Notes: generated from the sequence alone by a model not told the origin. Numbered from the stretch's first letter, positions 30,770 to 40,796 are shown. The stretch is 64,000 nt of DNA from an uncultured cyanobacterium (GCA_963744145.1 CAVUSO010000001.1:4800001-4864000), one strand, 5' to 3'. Made by a program: numbers and translations.

Positions 30770-32500
30770 ATGATGTTTAAATTGTTTCAGTCTAGTGTAA
30801 AATTAAATCCCCTAGGATTAGGTTTGATTTCTTTGCTATCAGCAACCAGTTTAGCAAGTGCAGCAGCAGCAGTTCCCACTAAACAAAACCATGATCAACT
30901 TAATTTCGCAAATTCTTACCAAGGGTTAGATAAACTAGAGCAATCCCTTAAATTAGCTCAAACTGCTGACCAAATAACACCAATTCAACCCCTAAATTCG
31001 ACAGGAACACAATTATCTCAACCCAATCTCCAGACAACGGAAGAACCAAATGACTCAATAGAACAAGTTACATCTGTTTCTCAACTCACAGATGTTGCTC
31101 CCACCGATTGGGCATTTCAAGCACTACAATCTTTAGTTGAGCGTTATGGTTGTATAGCAGGATATCCAGACAGAACTTATCGAGGTAATCGCGGAATTAC
31201 TCGCTATGAATTTGCGGCTGGTTTAAATAGTTGTATGGATAAAATTCAGCAATTAATCGGAGCAGGAGGTAGTAATACAATCCAGAAAGGAGACTTAGAA
31301 ATCCTCAAAAAACTCCAAGAACAATTTGCTGGAGAATTAGCTACTCTTCGGGGTCGAGTTGATTCCCTCGAAACCCGGACTGCGACCCTTGAAAGTCACC
31401 AGTTTTCCACCACTGTCAAACTAACCGGAGAGGCTATTTTTAACCTTTCTGATGTTTTTGGAAATACGGTTGGGAGTAACAAAAATAATGTTAATGCTAA
31501 CCTAGGCGATCGTCTTCGTTTATATCTGGATGGAAGTTTAATCGGTAAAGATAACTTCCATATTGGTATACAAGCCAACAGTATAACCCCCTATAATACC
31601 AGCGTTACTGGTACTAACATGACCCGTTTTGGTTATGATGGTAGTAGCAATAACACCGTTGATTTGTTTGAATTGTCTTACTCTTTTCCTGTCGGTAATA
31701 AACTCAATTTAACCCTCAGTGCTTATGGGATTGAACCCTACGATTTAATTACCAATTTCAGTCCTTTTAGCAGCAGTGGTACTGGTTCTTTATCTCGTTT
31801 TGGACGTTTTAATCCGGTCTATCGTGCTACCAGTAATGGGACAGCTTTAGCTGCTACCTACAAACTCTCCGATAAAATTGCCCTGGAAGCAGTTTATCAA
31901 GCGGGAGATGATAGTAGTAATCCTAGTCCTAAAAATGGCTTATTTAATGGTCGTTATAAAGCGATCGGTCAAGTGGTTTTTACTCCCTCACAAATGCTAT
32001 CTTTTGGTGTTCTTTATGCCCATGCTTATTATCCCTCTAGTGATGTGAGTATATCTGGTGGTACAGGGAGTTTATTTGCGATCGCACCCTTTGGTTCAAG
32101 ACCAACTTCAGCAGATGAAGTAGGTGGACAATTACAATTAAGACCGACTCCTAAATTGTATTTAGGGGGATGGTATGGAGCTTTCTTTGCTCAAGATGCC
32201 AAAATTTCTAGTCAGTCAGCAACTGTGATGACTGGATCGGTTTATATTGCTTTAAAAGATCTAGGGAAAAAGGGTGCTTTAGCGACTCTATTAGTTGGTG
32301 TACCACCGAAAGTAACTGACACCACTCTTAGTGCCCGTAAAGATAAGGATACCTCAATTCATCTTGAAGGATGGTATCGTTATCCAGTCAACGATCACCT
32401 TTTCCTTACTCCTGGAATGTTTGCTATTTTCAATCCTGAGCATAATAACAAGAATGATACTGAAATAGTGGGCGCACTTCGGGCTACCTTTAAGTTTTAG
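30770..32500 (+). CDS. cyanobacterial SLH-domain outer membrane porin (SomA/OprB-like)
   Basis: SD GAGGAG before ATG 30770/30773; signal peptide; VTSVSQLTDV..WAFQALQSLVERYGCIAGYPD; C-terminal LRATFKF. Confidence 0.92.
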   Translation: MMFKLFQSSVKLNPLGLGLISLLSATSLASAAAAVPTKQNHDQLNFANSYQGLDKLEQSLKLAQTADQITPIQPLNSTGTQLSQPNLQTTEEPNDSIEQVTSVSQLTDVAPTDWAFQALQSLVERYGCIAGYPDRTYRGNRGITRYEFAAGLNSCMDKIQQLIGAGGSNTIQKGDLEILKKLQEQFAGELATLRGRVDSLETRTATLESHQFSTTVKLTGEAIFNLSDVFGNTVGSNKNNVNANLGDRLRLYLDGSLIGKDNFHIGIQANSITPYNTSVTGTNMTRFGYDGSSNNTVDLFELSYSFPVGNKLNLTLSAYGIEPYDLITNFSPFSSSGTGSLSRFGRFNPVYRATSNGTALAATYKLSDKIALEAVYQAGDDSSNPSPKNGLFNGRYKAIGQVVFTPSQMLSFGVLYAHAYYPSSDVSISGGTGSLFAIAPFGSRPTSADEVGGQLQLRPTPKLYLGGWYGAFFAQDAKISSQSATVMTGSVYIALKDLGKKGALATLLVGVPPKVTDTTLSARKDKDTSIHLEGWYRYPVNDHLFLTPGMFAIFNPEHNNKNDTEIVGALRATFKF

Positions 32501-32604
32501 GGAATATCACTTAGGGGAATGGGAACAGACAAGATGTCCGTTCCACAAGAAAATGACTGGGAAGGGCAAAATGCCCTTCCTATTTATTTTAACATCAGTT
32601 TCAC

Positions 32605-32927
32605 GAGTATATCAGTGTTGTCTGTGATGTGAGATATAGTGAGTTCATTAAGGTGATCTGTGGGGCAGGGCGGGTTTATTAAGGTTATTTGTATGTGGCA
32701 AATTAATCGGTGAACCCGCCCCTACAGGTGATCAACCAGGATCTGGGATTGTTTACCAAAAAGTCGATGAATTTATGATGACAATCAACCAGGATTTGTA
32801 GGGGCAGGTTCACCAATCAATTCTGATCCAAACAGATCACGGACAGGCAAGATGCCTGTCCCACTCATAAACCTGCCCAACCAAACGAGATAACTGACTG
32901 TACTTCATTAACAGGTCATCCGCTGTA
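32605..32927. mobile_element. composite REP-containing MITE, copy 1
   Basis: AAGGTGATCTGTGGGGCAGGGCGGG...GAACCCGCCCCTAC and GTAGGGGCAGGTTCACC...AAACCTGCCC; ends TGTACTTCATTAACAGGTCATCCGCTGTA; homologous to 34674-35048 and 52445-55072; left boundary approximate. Confidence 0.7.
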
Positions 32928-32931
32928 TTCT

Positions 32932-32973
32932 CTATCAACTATTTGTACACCTTTTGAGCTAATGGGAGATTAA
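32932..32973 (+). pseudogene. C-terminal remnant of a PIN-domain toxin gene
   Basis: Reads LSTICTPFELMGD*, a typical ICTPxEL PIN C-terminus; cut off by the MITE. Confidence 0.5.
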
Positions 32974-32979
32974 ATAATT

Positions 32980-33168
32980 ATGTGGCACGATGAAGTCTTA
33001 GCAGAAATTTACAAATACCGAGAAGAGTACGCTAAATCCTTTGATTACAATTTACACGCGATCGTTGAAGATTTAGAAAAAAAACAAGCTGCTAGTGGCA
33101 GGCAAATTATTTTCACACCGATCGTCAAACCTACTCAGCAAGAAAACAAATCTTTAGCTGAAGCTTAA
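32980..33168 (+). CDS. small protein of the kind usually paired with PIN toxins (orphan)
   Basis: MWHDEVLAEIYKYREEYAKSFDYNLHAIVEDL pattern; GGAGA upstream. Confidence 0.65.
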   Translation: MWHDEVLAEIYKYREEYAKSFDYNLHAIVEDLEKKQAASGRQIIFTPIVKPTQQENKSLAEA

Positions 33169-33256
33169 AGTTACGTCCTGTTCGGGTTGATCTATAATTT
33201 TATAGAGACGATTCAGTAACATAACTGTTGAAAAGTAAGTTGAGTTTTAACTGTCC

Positions 33257-33808
33257 ATGTCACAAACAAATCTAGAGACCGTACTGCATATTCTCCAGTC
33301 TTTGGGACACGAGCAGTATGGGGGAGAACCCGTCAGTCAATTAGAACACGCTTTACAATGTGCTAGTCTGGCTCAAGATCAGGGAGCAGATCCGGAACTT
33401 ATTACAGCTTGTTTGTTCCATGATTTGGGGCATTTAGTGTCTAAATTAGGGGAAAATGCCGCAGTACAGGGTTATGATAATCGTCATGAATATATAGTCA
33501 TTCCCTGGTTAAAAGACCTATTTTCAAGTAAGGTAATTGAACCAATTCGTCTTCATGTCCAAGCCAAACGTTATCTTTGTTTAGTAAAACCTGGTTATTA
33601 CTCAGAATTATCAGCTGCGTCTCAACAAAGTTTAGCATTGCAAGGAGGAATATTTTCTGTAGCCGAAGCTGAGGATTTTATTAAGTTACCTGATGCAGAA
33701 AATGCAATTCAACTGCGATTATGGGATGAGCAAGCTAAGGTTCCTGGAAAAATAATTCCTACTTTGCATGATTTTATTCCTATCGTTCATGGTAGTATAT
33801 TAGTGTAG
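33257..33808 (+). CDS. phnZ: PhnZ-type HD-domain diiron oxygenase (phosphonate C-P cleavage)
   Basis: YGGEPVSQLEHALQ, FHDLGH, HE, LHVQAKRYL, LSAAS..SL..QGG, LRLWDEQAK. Confidence 0.85.
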   Translation: MSQTNLETVLHILQSLGHEQYGGEPVSQLEHALQCASLAQDQGADPELITACLFHDLGHLVSKLGENAAVQGYDNRHEYIVIPWLKDLFSSKVIEPIRLHVQAKRYLCLVKPGYYSELSAASQQSLALQGGIFSVAEAEDFIKLPDAENAIQLRLWDEQAKVPGKIIPTLHDFIPIVHGSILV

Positions 33809-33902
33809 ATTGTCATTAATAGGTCTCGCTAATCCTCGTCAAAAATGGGCTTTCGCATTTCGGCCCAGTAGCGATCGCATTAACAAGAGAGAATTACATT
33901 AC

Positions 33903-34301
33903 CTAGGGAATAAAAAGCCTGCCAACGCCCATATAGCTATCTATATTGATGACAATCTCCACCAAACGATCAACACATTGCTCTCGATACTCAGTCTCAT
34001 CTATACGACTCATATCTCCAATCGTCACAATCGGAAAAGAACCCAAAGAATTATGATCGCGCATTACCTGCTCCAAAGAATCTTTACCCTTCATATTGCG
34101 ATTGGCAGTCAAAACCATCATTTGATTTGCTTGAGCATAATCCCAAACTACGAGATCGCTGCTATTTTTTGATAAACCAGCCTCCCTAAAAGTGACAAAC
34201 TCAATATTAATTAGATCCAGCCAACCACGCTTAATCAAAATGCCAAGCAGCACAACGGCATAGCCATCTAAATTAAAATCAACCAAAAAATTCACGCCCA
34301 A
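33903..34301 (-). CDS. DUF5615/VapC45-like PIN-like toxin
   Basis: FLVDFNL, SDLVVWDYAQ, VLTANRN; overlaps the upstream DUF433 gene. Confidence 0.7.
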   Translation of the reverse strand: MGVNFLVDFNLDGYAVVLLGILIKRGWLDLINIEFVTFREAGLSKNSSDLVVWDYAQANQMMVLTANRNMKGKDSLEQVMRDHNSLGSFPIVTIGDMSRIDETEYREQCVDRLVEIVINIDSYMGVGRLFIP

Positions 34302-34660
34302 ATCAAACTACGCTCCTTTTTTTGCTGCTCCAATCTTGCTAAAAGCTCCAATTGTGAAGCAGTGCGTGGCTTAGTTCTAATTCGCTCAAAATGTTCACGA
34401 TTTTTATCTTGCCAATATTGATAAATCTCCTCCCGCGTTTTCAATATCTCTTGATATTCAGCTTCCACCTCAACAGGATGATCCGAAATATAAACCAAAG
34501 CCACATTGATCTCCTCATCCGTCAAATTAAAGCGATCGCGGATCAACTTCGGCGGATAATCAGCCCTGAGTAAATCCATCACATCATACAAAGAGATCCG
34601 AGAACCAGAAATAGTTAGTCCCCGCTCAGTCCGAATAATATTTAGCTCTTGATTAGTCAT
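34292..34660 (-). CDS. DUF433 antitoxin-like protein
   Basis: TISGSRISLYDVMD, LTDEEINVALVYI..H..EVEAEY. Confidence 0.8.
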   Translation of the reverse strand: MTNQELNIIRTERGLTISGSRISLYDVMDLLRADYPPKLIRDRFNLTDEEINVALVYISDHPVEVEAEYQEILKTREEIYQYWQDKNREHFERIRTKPRTASQLELLARLEQQKKERSLIWA

Positions 34661-34673
34661 TGCGTCTCACGGT

Positions 34674-35048
34674 TATTGTCTATGACCTGTTTATGAAGTA
34701 TAGCAGTGTTATCTGTAATGCTAGATGGGTTAGGTTCATCAAGGTGATCTGTGAGGCGGGGCGGGTTCATCAAGGTTATTTGTGTGTGGCAGATTTAACG
34801 GTGAACCCGCCCCTACAGGTAATAAATATGTTTGGATCTGGGATTATTTACCAAAAAATCGATAAAATCGATGAATTGATGATGACAATCAACCAGGATT
34901 TGTAGGGGCGGGTTCACCGATCAATTTTGTGACAAATCGATCACTATCCTAAACCCGCCCAACCAACACAGATCACTCATAATCACAATAAATGATCACC
35001 ATTCATATAAAATCTTAATGTACTTCATCAACTAAGGAATATACTGTA
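34674..35048. mobile_element. composite REP-containing MITE, copy 2
   Basis: Left end ATGACCTGTTTATGAAGTA, right end TGTACTTCATCAACTAAGGAATATACTGTA; internal GTAGGGGCGGGTTCACC palindromes. Confidence 0.7.
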
Positions 35049-35057
35049 ATCTCATCC

Positions 35058-36164
35058 TTAAGCATCTGAGCCGATCGCGATCGCCCTCTGATTAGCTATA
35101 ATTGCTTCTGACCATCGACCTAATTTTTGTAAAGCAATCCCTTTATTCACCCAAGCATCTTGGAGATCCGGTTTCAATTCTAAAGCTTGATCCCAACTTC
35201 CGATCGCTTCTTCCCATTTTTCTAACATTCCGAAGGCTAAACCCCGATTAAACCATATTTCCCAGTCCTCTGGTTTAAATTCTAGTGCTCGCTCCCAACT
35301 CTTAATCGCTTCTTCCCATTTTTCTGAATTTGCTAGAGCTAAAGCTCGGTTTGACCAAGTATCTGGTTGCTGAGATTCCAATGCTAAAGCTTGATCATAA
35401 CTCGCGATCGCTTCCTCAATCCGATGCAGATCGAATAACACATCACCGCGATTATTCCAAACTATCAAGAAATCTGGTTTAATCGATAAGGCATGATCGT
35501 AAGCAGTCACCGCTTCACTCAAACGACCACAATGAGATAATACCGTGCCTAAATTTGTCCAAGCTCGGTGATCGTAAATATTTAACTCAACTACATGATT
35601 AAATGATTCTAACGCTCCCTCATAATCTTGATGATCAAGTTGCTCTACTCCCAGCTTAAACCAATCATCAGCACTTTCTGGGGGACGATCGCTTTTTTCT
35701 GCTGGGACAGAATCTGTCGGTGGTTCTGTAACTAGGTCAGTTTCTGAAATTGGGACAACTCTTGCTAATAATTCCGTCCCCATTTTATGGACACTAACTG
35801 CGATCGCTTCGGTGGATGGTAGGGAATGGGCATTTTCACTTAATTGTAACAAGCGTCTGGCTAATTCATGATTCGGTACGGGAGAAGCCATTAATTTTTG
35901 GTCAAACCGCTCCAACCACCCTAACCAATCGGTCATGGTAGCACGATACTTCAGCTCTTGAAAAAACCGGGCAATTTGGACCCGATCCCAACCTTGATTC
36001 ACTCCTTCAAGCAGTTGTAAGAAATAATGTTCATATTCAATTTCGCTCAAGGGTGGTGCTGGTGATGCTGGTCCTGATGCTAGTTCGACTGATAGATGGT
36101 TTCTCCACATCCCTAACAATCTTTGGAAGAGCTGTTTCAACCATTGCCAAATCTGTCGAACCAT
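35058..36164 (-). CDS. tetratricopeptide repeat protein
   Basis: About six TPRs (W.NRG..L..L...EEAI.S.D.AL..KPD). Confidence 0.9.
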   Translation of the reverse strand: MVRQIWQWLKQLFQRLLGMWRNHLSVELASGPASPAPPLSEIEYEHYFLQLLEGVNQGWDRVQIARFFQELKYRATMTDWLGWLERFDQKLMASPVPNHELARRLLQLSENAHSLPSTEAIAVSVHKMGTELLARVVPISETDLVTEPPTDSVPAEKSDRPPESADDWFKLGVEQLDHQDYEGALESFNHVVELNIYDHRAWTNLGTVLSHCGRLSEAVTAYDHALSIKPDFLIVWNNRGDVLFDLHRIEEAIASYDQALALESQQPDTWSNRALALANSEKWEEAIKSWERALEFKPEDWEIWFNRGLAFGMLEKWEEAIGSWDQALELKPDLQDAWVNKGIALQKLGRWSEAIIANQRAIAIGSDA

Positions 36165-36201
36165 GTATACTCCTGCATCTACCTACTTAAAATCTAAATT
36201 A

Positions 36202-36636
36202 TCAGAATTGTCCCGTTAAAGGATCACCTTTTACTGGTATTTTCGGGGGTGAAGTCTTCGGAGGAGGTGGAGTTTGAGATAACCCATGATCATTCGATGT
36301 TGGTTTGGGCACAATTTCCATATTCCGACGATATTCTTGTAGTTTAGCAAGTTCTTCTTGGTAAACTGCAAAAATTTTTGTTAAACTAACTGCAACTGCT
36401 TCCCAGCTTTCATCTTCAGCCAAACTGGTAGCAATTCCACGAAGGATTTCACTCCGCTCATTTTTTTGGACATAACTTTTTAGCCGATCGCTTGATTTAG
36501 CTAAAGCAGCTTCATATACTTCTCCATCTGACCACCATAATCCTGGTTGAGTTAGCAACCATGTTAATATATACTCTTCTGCGTGTTGTTGTTTGACCCA
36601 GGTAGCAAGCTGCTTTAATTCTTCCATTATCTGCAC
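36202..36636 (-). CDS. hypothetical protein with proline-rich C-terminus
   Basis: 144-aa ORF co-oriented between the response regulator and TPR genes. Confidence 0.6.
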   Translation of the reverse strand: MQIMEELKQLATWVKQQHAEEYILTWLLTQPGLWWSDGEVYEAALAKSSDRLKSYVQKNERSEILRGIATSLAEDESWEAVAVSLTKIFAVYQEELAKLQEYRRNMEIVPKPTSNDHGLSQTPPPPKTSPPKIPVKGDPLTGQF

Positions 36637-36679
36637 ATCCTAATTTTTCCATTAACTTTATTATTCATGTTCCCATTAG

Positions 36680-37807
36680 TCAAATAAAATTGACTTCTAA
36701 TAATGACAAATCATCATCAAAAAATTCCTTGCCATTTTTGATTTGCACAAATTGTAAAATTTCGGCTAAGTTACATTTATTTTGCTGACTGAATTCTACC
36801 AGTAAATTAATGAAAGCATCTAGACCCCACACATTTCCATCTGGTTGATGTAATTCGTAAATCCCATCACTAAAAACATACAGAGTGCTACCAGTTTCTA
36901 CGTGACAAGTATCCTCCACAAAATTAGTATCAGGAAACATTCCCACTGCTAAACAAGGTGTTTTTAACCGTTTTGCAGCTTTAGCATTTTTCGATAGTAG
37001 CACCGCTGGAGGGTGTCCAGCACTAGCATAAACAAGTTGTTTTTTATGACGGTGATAGACCCCATACCAAATGGTAAAATAAGTATCATTCCTGACACTG
37101 GTTTGGAAGGTTTGGTTTAAAGCTCTCAGCACATCGCTGGGTTGATGGTAATTAATATTCCGTAGCGATCGCGATCGCAACAGATTTAAAACCGAAATGG
37201 AAGGTAATGCTGCTTTTAACCCATGTCCAGCCACATCAAGCAAATAAATTGCTAAAGAATCATGATCTAACCAAAAATAATCAAACCCATCCCCACCTAA
37301 ACGACTCGAAGGAATAAAACGAGCATCAGTTTTCACTATTTTCGTTAAAGGGTCGGGGAGCAGCGATCGCACATATTCAGCTGCTTCACTAAATTCGGCT
37401 TCCATGATTTCTTTTTGGGTTTGCAGATCCAAAGCTAATTGATGCAATCTTAATCCAGCTCGGACCCTTGCCTGCAATTCATTCATTTCAATCGGTTTAG
37501 AAATAAAATCATCGGCACCAGCATCCAGACCATTAACTCGATCTGCTACAGAATCAAGAGAAGTTAGTAAAATAAAGAAAGTAGTTGATAAATCCGGTTC
37601 TGATTTAACTTGCCGACAAACTTCTATCCCATTCAACCTTGGCATCATCCAATCACAAATAATTAATGCAGGTTGTAATTGTCGGGCTTTAACTAAACCT
37701 TCTTCGCCATTACTAGCTACAGTAACAGCATAGCCTTGTTTTTTGAATGTTCGCTCTAGTAAAACCTGAACCATCAAGTCGTCATCAATAACCAGAATTT
37801 CAAACAT
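36680..37807 (-). CDS. response regulator with PP2C/SpoIIE phosphatase output domain
   Basis: ILVIDDD, CDWMMP, KP receiver; GGD..D, DVAGHG, SAGHPP, SDGIYE, DDLS. Confidence 0.93.
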   Translation of the reverse strand: MFEILVIDDDLMVQVLLERTFKKQGYAVTVASNGEEGLVKARQLQPALIICDWMMPRLNGIEVCRQVKSEPDLSTTFFILLTSLDSVADRVNGLDAGADDFISKPIEMNELQARVRAGLRLHQLALDLQTQKEIMEAEFSEAAEYVRSLLPDPLTKIVKTDARFIPSSRLGGDGFDYFWLDHDSLAIYLLDVAGHGLKAALPSISVLNLLRSRSLRNINYHQPSDVLRALNQTFQTSVRNDTYFTIWYGVYHRHKKQLVYASAGHPPAVLLSKNAKAAKRLKTPCLAVGMFPDTNFVEDTCHVETGSTLYVFSDGIYELHQPDGNVWGLDAFINLLVEFSQQNKCNLAEILQFVQIKNGKEFFDDDLSLLEVNFI

Positions 37808-38492
37808 GGGATCGAGTTACTACAAATCCTTATAAGTTGGAAGGGCTAAACCAATCTAGTTCCAGCTAGTCTGAATTTAGATTCGTTGGCAATCACCAGT
37901 GCTAAAAATACCTTTTAGAGAGAAATATGTTAGATGGCAATACTCCATTAGATTCATTTTAACTAAATAACATTAAACTTTGGTCATCGCGTCTACCTGG
38001 TGCCGATGGTCGGGACATCGGTCGTCGTCAGCATCTGTCCAGTCCCAGCTCAACCTAGAAGCGAGTTATTCAGGGACAACCTGGGTGGGTACATCTTTGC
38101 CAAACCGTTTAAAATTACTATTGGTAATCATCCTGTGCTAATTTTTACTAACCTGATAATGCAATTTTAAAACGGTTACTAGGATTTTGTCTGGTAAGTT
38201 CCTCACATTAACATCAGAAACATTCTACTCAATTATTATCAAGGTTTTTCAGGATGTGCCCTAGGCGACAGAATGGACTAAAAAGATAGTGCTAGTATTA
38301 CTTAGTAACTTCAATTCAGCTAGTCCCACATTAATTTTTTATTTTTTTTTCTAGTTTATTTGCCACTTGTAATTTAATTATAATGTTTGGCCCAAAATAA
38401 AAGAGAAAGAGGGACGAAGATGAGCATCACTTTAATACAGGCTGACTCAATCTCAATTTTAATTTAATGCTGTTTGGGAGGATATAAAACAA

Positions 38493-38660
38493 ATGACTCA
38501 AGAAAGCAAGATTTGCCCATGCTGTGGAGGTTCCCAATTACTCCGTCATGCTCGTCCGGGAGGTTTATATTGGTTATGTATGTCCTGTCGAGAGGAAGTG
38601 TTACCCTTCATTATCAGTCAAGAACATCGTCCCACTTTGGTGAATATGGTGCCTGATTAA
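38493..38660 (+). CDS. 55-aa zinc-ribbon-like small protein (below the ORF track cutoff)
   Basis: GGGAGG SD; MTQESKICPCCGGSQLLRHARPGGLYWLCMSCREEV...; CPCC and WxCxxC motifs. Confidence 0.7.
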   Translation: MTQESKICPCCGGSQLLRHARPGGLYWLCMSCREEVLPFIISQEHRPTLVNMVPD

Positions 38661-38744
38661 ATTAATCCCATGGTGTAAGGATTTTCTACCAATGTTCGAT
38701 CCCTAGTTCATAATAATAGGGATCGTATTTTCGTTTAATCGCTT

Positions 38745-39809
38745 GTGTTAGCAGCATTACTGTACGGACAAAAAGATTTACGTCTAGAAATTGTCGCTGA
38801 CCCCACTCCCGATGTTGGAGAAGTGGTGATCCAAGTAGCAACAGCTACCACCTGTGGGACAGATTTAAAAGTTTGGCGTCGTGGGGGTCATGCGAAAATG
38901 TTGCGTCCACCGACGCTATTTGGTCATGAAGCTTCAGGCAAAATTGTAGCATTGGGAGCGAGTGTAACTGGTTGGCAAATTGGCGATCGCGTAGTAGCAA
39001 ATAATTCAGCTCCTTGTCTGAATTGTTTTTTTTGTCGTCATCAAGAATATTCCCTCTGTTCTCAGTTAACCTGGAATAATGGTACTTTCGCCGAATATCT
39101 TAAAATCCCTGCACCAATCGTCCAACAGAATTTATTACCAATTCCTGACCATTTACCTGATCCGATCGCCGCTCTCACCGAACCTTTAGCTTGTGTACTA
39201 CATGGAATCGCTCGCTCCCACATTCGGTCTGGAGATCGGGTAGTAGTGATCGGGGATGGTGCGATTGGACTAATGTTTGTGGCGGTACTAGCGGCTCAAG
39301 CAGTTGAGCATATAGGAGAGCAGGGGAATAAGCAAGTATTTTTATTTGGTGGCAATCATCAACGTCTAGAAATTGGGAAACATCTGGGTGCAACTCAAGT
39401 CTTCAATTATCATCAAATTGAGGATATCCCCATGATCGTTAAAGAATTAACAGAAGGTTGGGGAGCAGATGTCACCATTGAAGCAACCGGGATACCAACA
39501 GTCTGGGAAACCGCGATCGCGACAGTTCGTCCTGGTGGAACCGTAAATTTATTTGGTGGTTGTCCCAGGGATACTACCATTACCATCAATACTGAACTGC
39601 TTCACTATAGTGAACTTACCCTGAAAGGTGTGTTTCACAATACTCCTCAATATGTCAGAACCGCATTAAATCTGCTCGCTAGTCGCCAAATTCCCTTTGA
39701 ATTATTAATTAGTGAACAGAGACATTTAACCGATTTAGAACAGGTGTTTCAGGATATGAGCGATCGGAAAATTATTAAAGCTGCCATTATCCCGCAATCA
39801 ACGGTCTAA
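38745..39809 (+). CDS. zinc-dependent alcohol dehydrogenase (MDR family)
   Basis: CGTDL, GHE, CxxCxxC, EPLAC, GDGAIG. Confidence 0.92.
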   Translation: MLAALLYGQKDLRLEIVADPTPDVGEVVIQVATATTCGTDLKVWRRGGHAKMLRPPTLFGHEASGKIVALGASVTGWQIGDRVVANNSAPCLNCFFCRHQEYSLCSQLTWNNGTFAEYLKIPAPIVQQNLLPIPDHLPDPIAALTEPLACVLHGIARSHIRSGDRVVVIGDGAIGLMFVAVLAAQAVEHIGEQGNKQVFLFGGNHQRLEIGKHLGATQVFNYHQIEDIPMIVKELTEGWGADVTIEATGIPTVWETAIATVRPGGTVNLFGGCPRDTTITINTELLHYSELTLKGVFHNTPQYVRTALNLLASRQIPFELLISEQRHLTDLEQVFQDMSDRKIIKAAIIPQSTV

Positions 39810-39861
39810 TCTTACTAGGAATATGGCATCTTAATTTTTCTCGCCAAACAGGAAAATCAAC

Positions 39862-40449
39862 ATGACTAAAAGTAGACAATGGTTAATCCTATCGGGAATA
39901 ATTTTATCGGAACTAACTGCTGGGAGTGTGTGGGCACTACCGGGTCAAAGTTCAAATGAGGTGGCAAGTTGGATTAAGAGTAACCCAAATTTAACACCTA
40001 ATGGTAATGAACGATTACAAATCCAGAAAAGAAATACTGCGGCCCAAGTATTCCAGTTTACCGCAGATTTATTCCCACCTGGGTATTTAACCGCATCAAA
40101 GGGTGATGTAATTCGGGCAGAACGGATGGAACTGTTTGATCAGATCAATGGAGTAGATCGTGATGGTCTAGAAGAAATCCTGAGAGAAATTTATGGTCAA
40201 GATATTTATCAAGATTATTATAATGCCCAGGTAGTTTATACTTATCCGAGTGCAGCCACAATTACACAAGCCATTAATCGACATACTCCACTATTAGCAG
40301 CAAGACAAGGAGAATTGCGTTCAGGAATCCGATATGCTTATTGGATTGAAATCGCTAAACCAGAGAAGGCTCAGGCAGTTACCGGAAAAATTGTGGTGTT
40401 TTTAAAAGAAGACCTCAACGATTTAGAAAGCTATCTACGCAATCGTTAA
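39862..40449 (+). CDS. conserved cyanobacterial secreted hypothetical protein
   Basis: Signal peptide, then ALPGQS..EVASWI..NP.L. Confidence 0.7.
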   Translation: MTKSRQWLILSGIILSELTAGSVWALPGQSSNEVASWIKSNPNLTPNGNERLQIQKRNTAAQVFQFTADLFPPGYLTASKGDVIRAERMELFDQINGVDRDGLEEILREIYGQDIYQDYYNAQVVYTYPSAATITQAINRHTPLLAARQGELRSGIRYAYWIEIAKPEKAQAVTGKIVVFLKEDLNDLESYLRNR

Positions 40450-40796
40450 CTATGGTGAGAACTACCGACAAAAACATTTTGAACCGCGATCGAGATCCGA
40501 GTTAAATCTTCATTTAAAAGCGGGGGCCAATCAATGCCAGTTAAACGACCAAGCTCAAATAGTTGACGACTCTCATAAGCAAGGTTATGTAGGGCACAAA
40601 CTATGCGTCGATCTAAAGTAGGTTGTTCTCTGGTAGCTTCAAGCAAAAGTTTCAACGCTAACAATATTGATGTTACTTGACCAGGTATCGGCGCTTTTCC
40701 ACATTTAAGACGTGGGAGGAAATCGTCTGGATTTCGTTCCGTTAACAAAGCTGTTCCTTGGGTAATTAAAAAATTGCGGGCAGTTTCGTAGTTCAT
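40446..40796 (-). CDS. conserved cyanobacterial hypothetical protein
   Basis: PIPGQVTSILLALK, LDRR...ALH.LAYESRQ, WPPLL. Confidence 0.75.
   Translation of the reverse strand: MNYETARNFLITQGTALLTERNPDDFLPRLKCGKAPIPGQVTSILLALKLLLEATREQPTLDRRIVCALHNLAYESRQLFELGRLTGIDWPPLLNEDLTRISIAVQNVFVGSSHHS

Noticed and set aside
33810..34172. 120-aa + strand ORF after phnZ
   Set aside because: Antisense shadow of the PIN-like toxin gene.
34660..34905. 81-aa ORF, and similar ORFs at 23921, 50474, 51755, 55091 and 55318
   Set aside because: They are translations of REP/MITE or tandem-repeat DNA.
38474..38656. 60-aa ORF in the track
   Set aside because: The overlapping frame at 38493-38660 has the SD and cysteine motifs and is the better gene.
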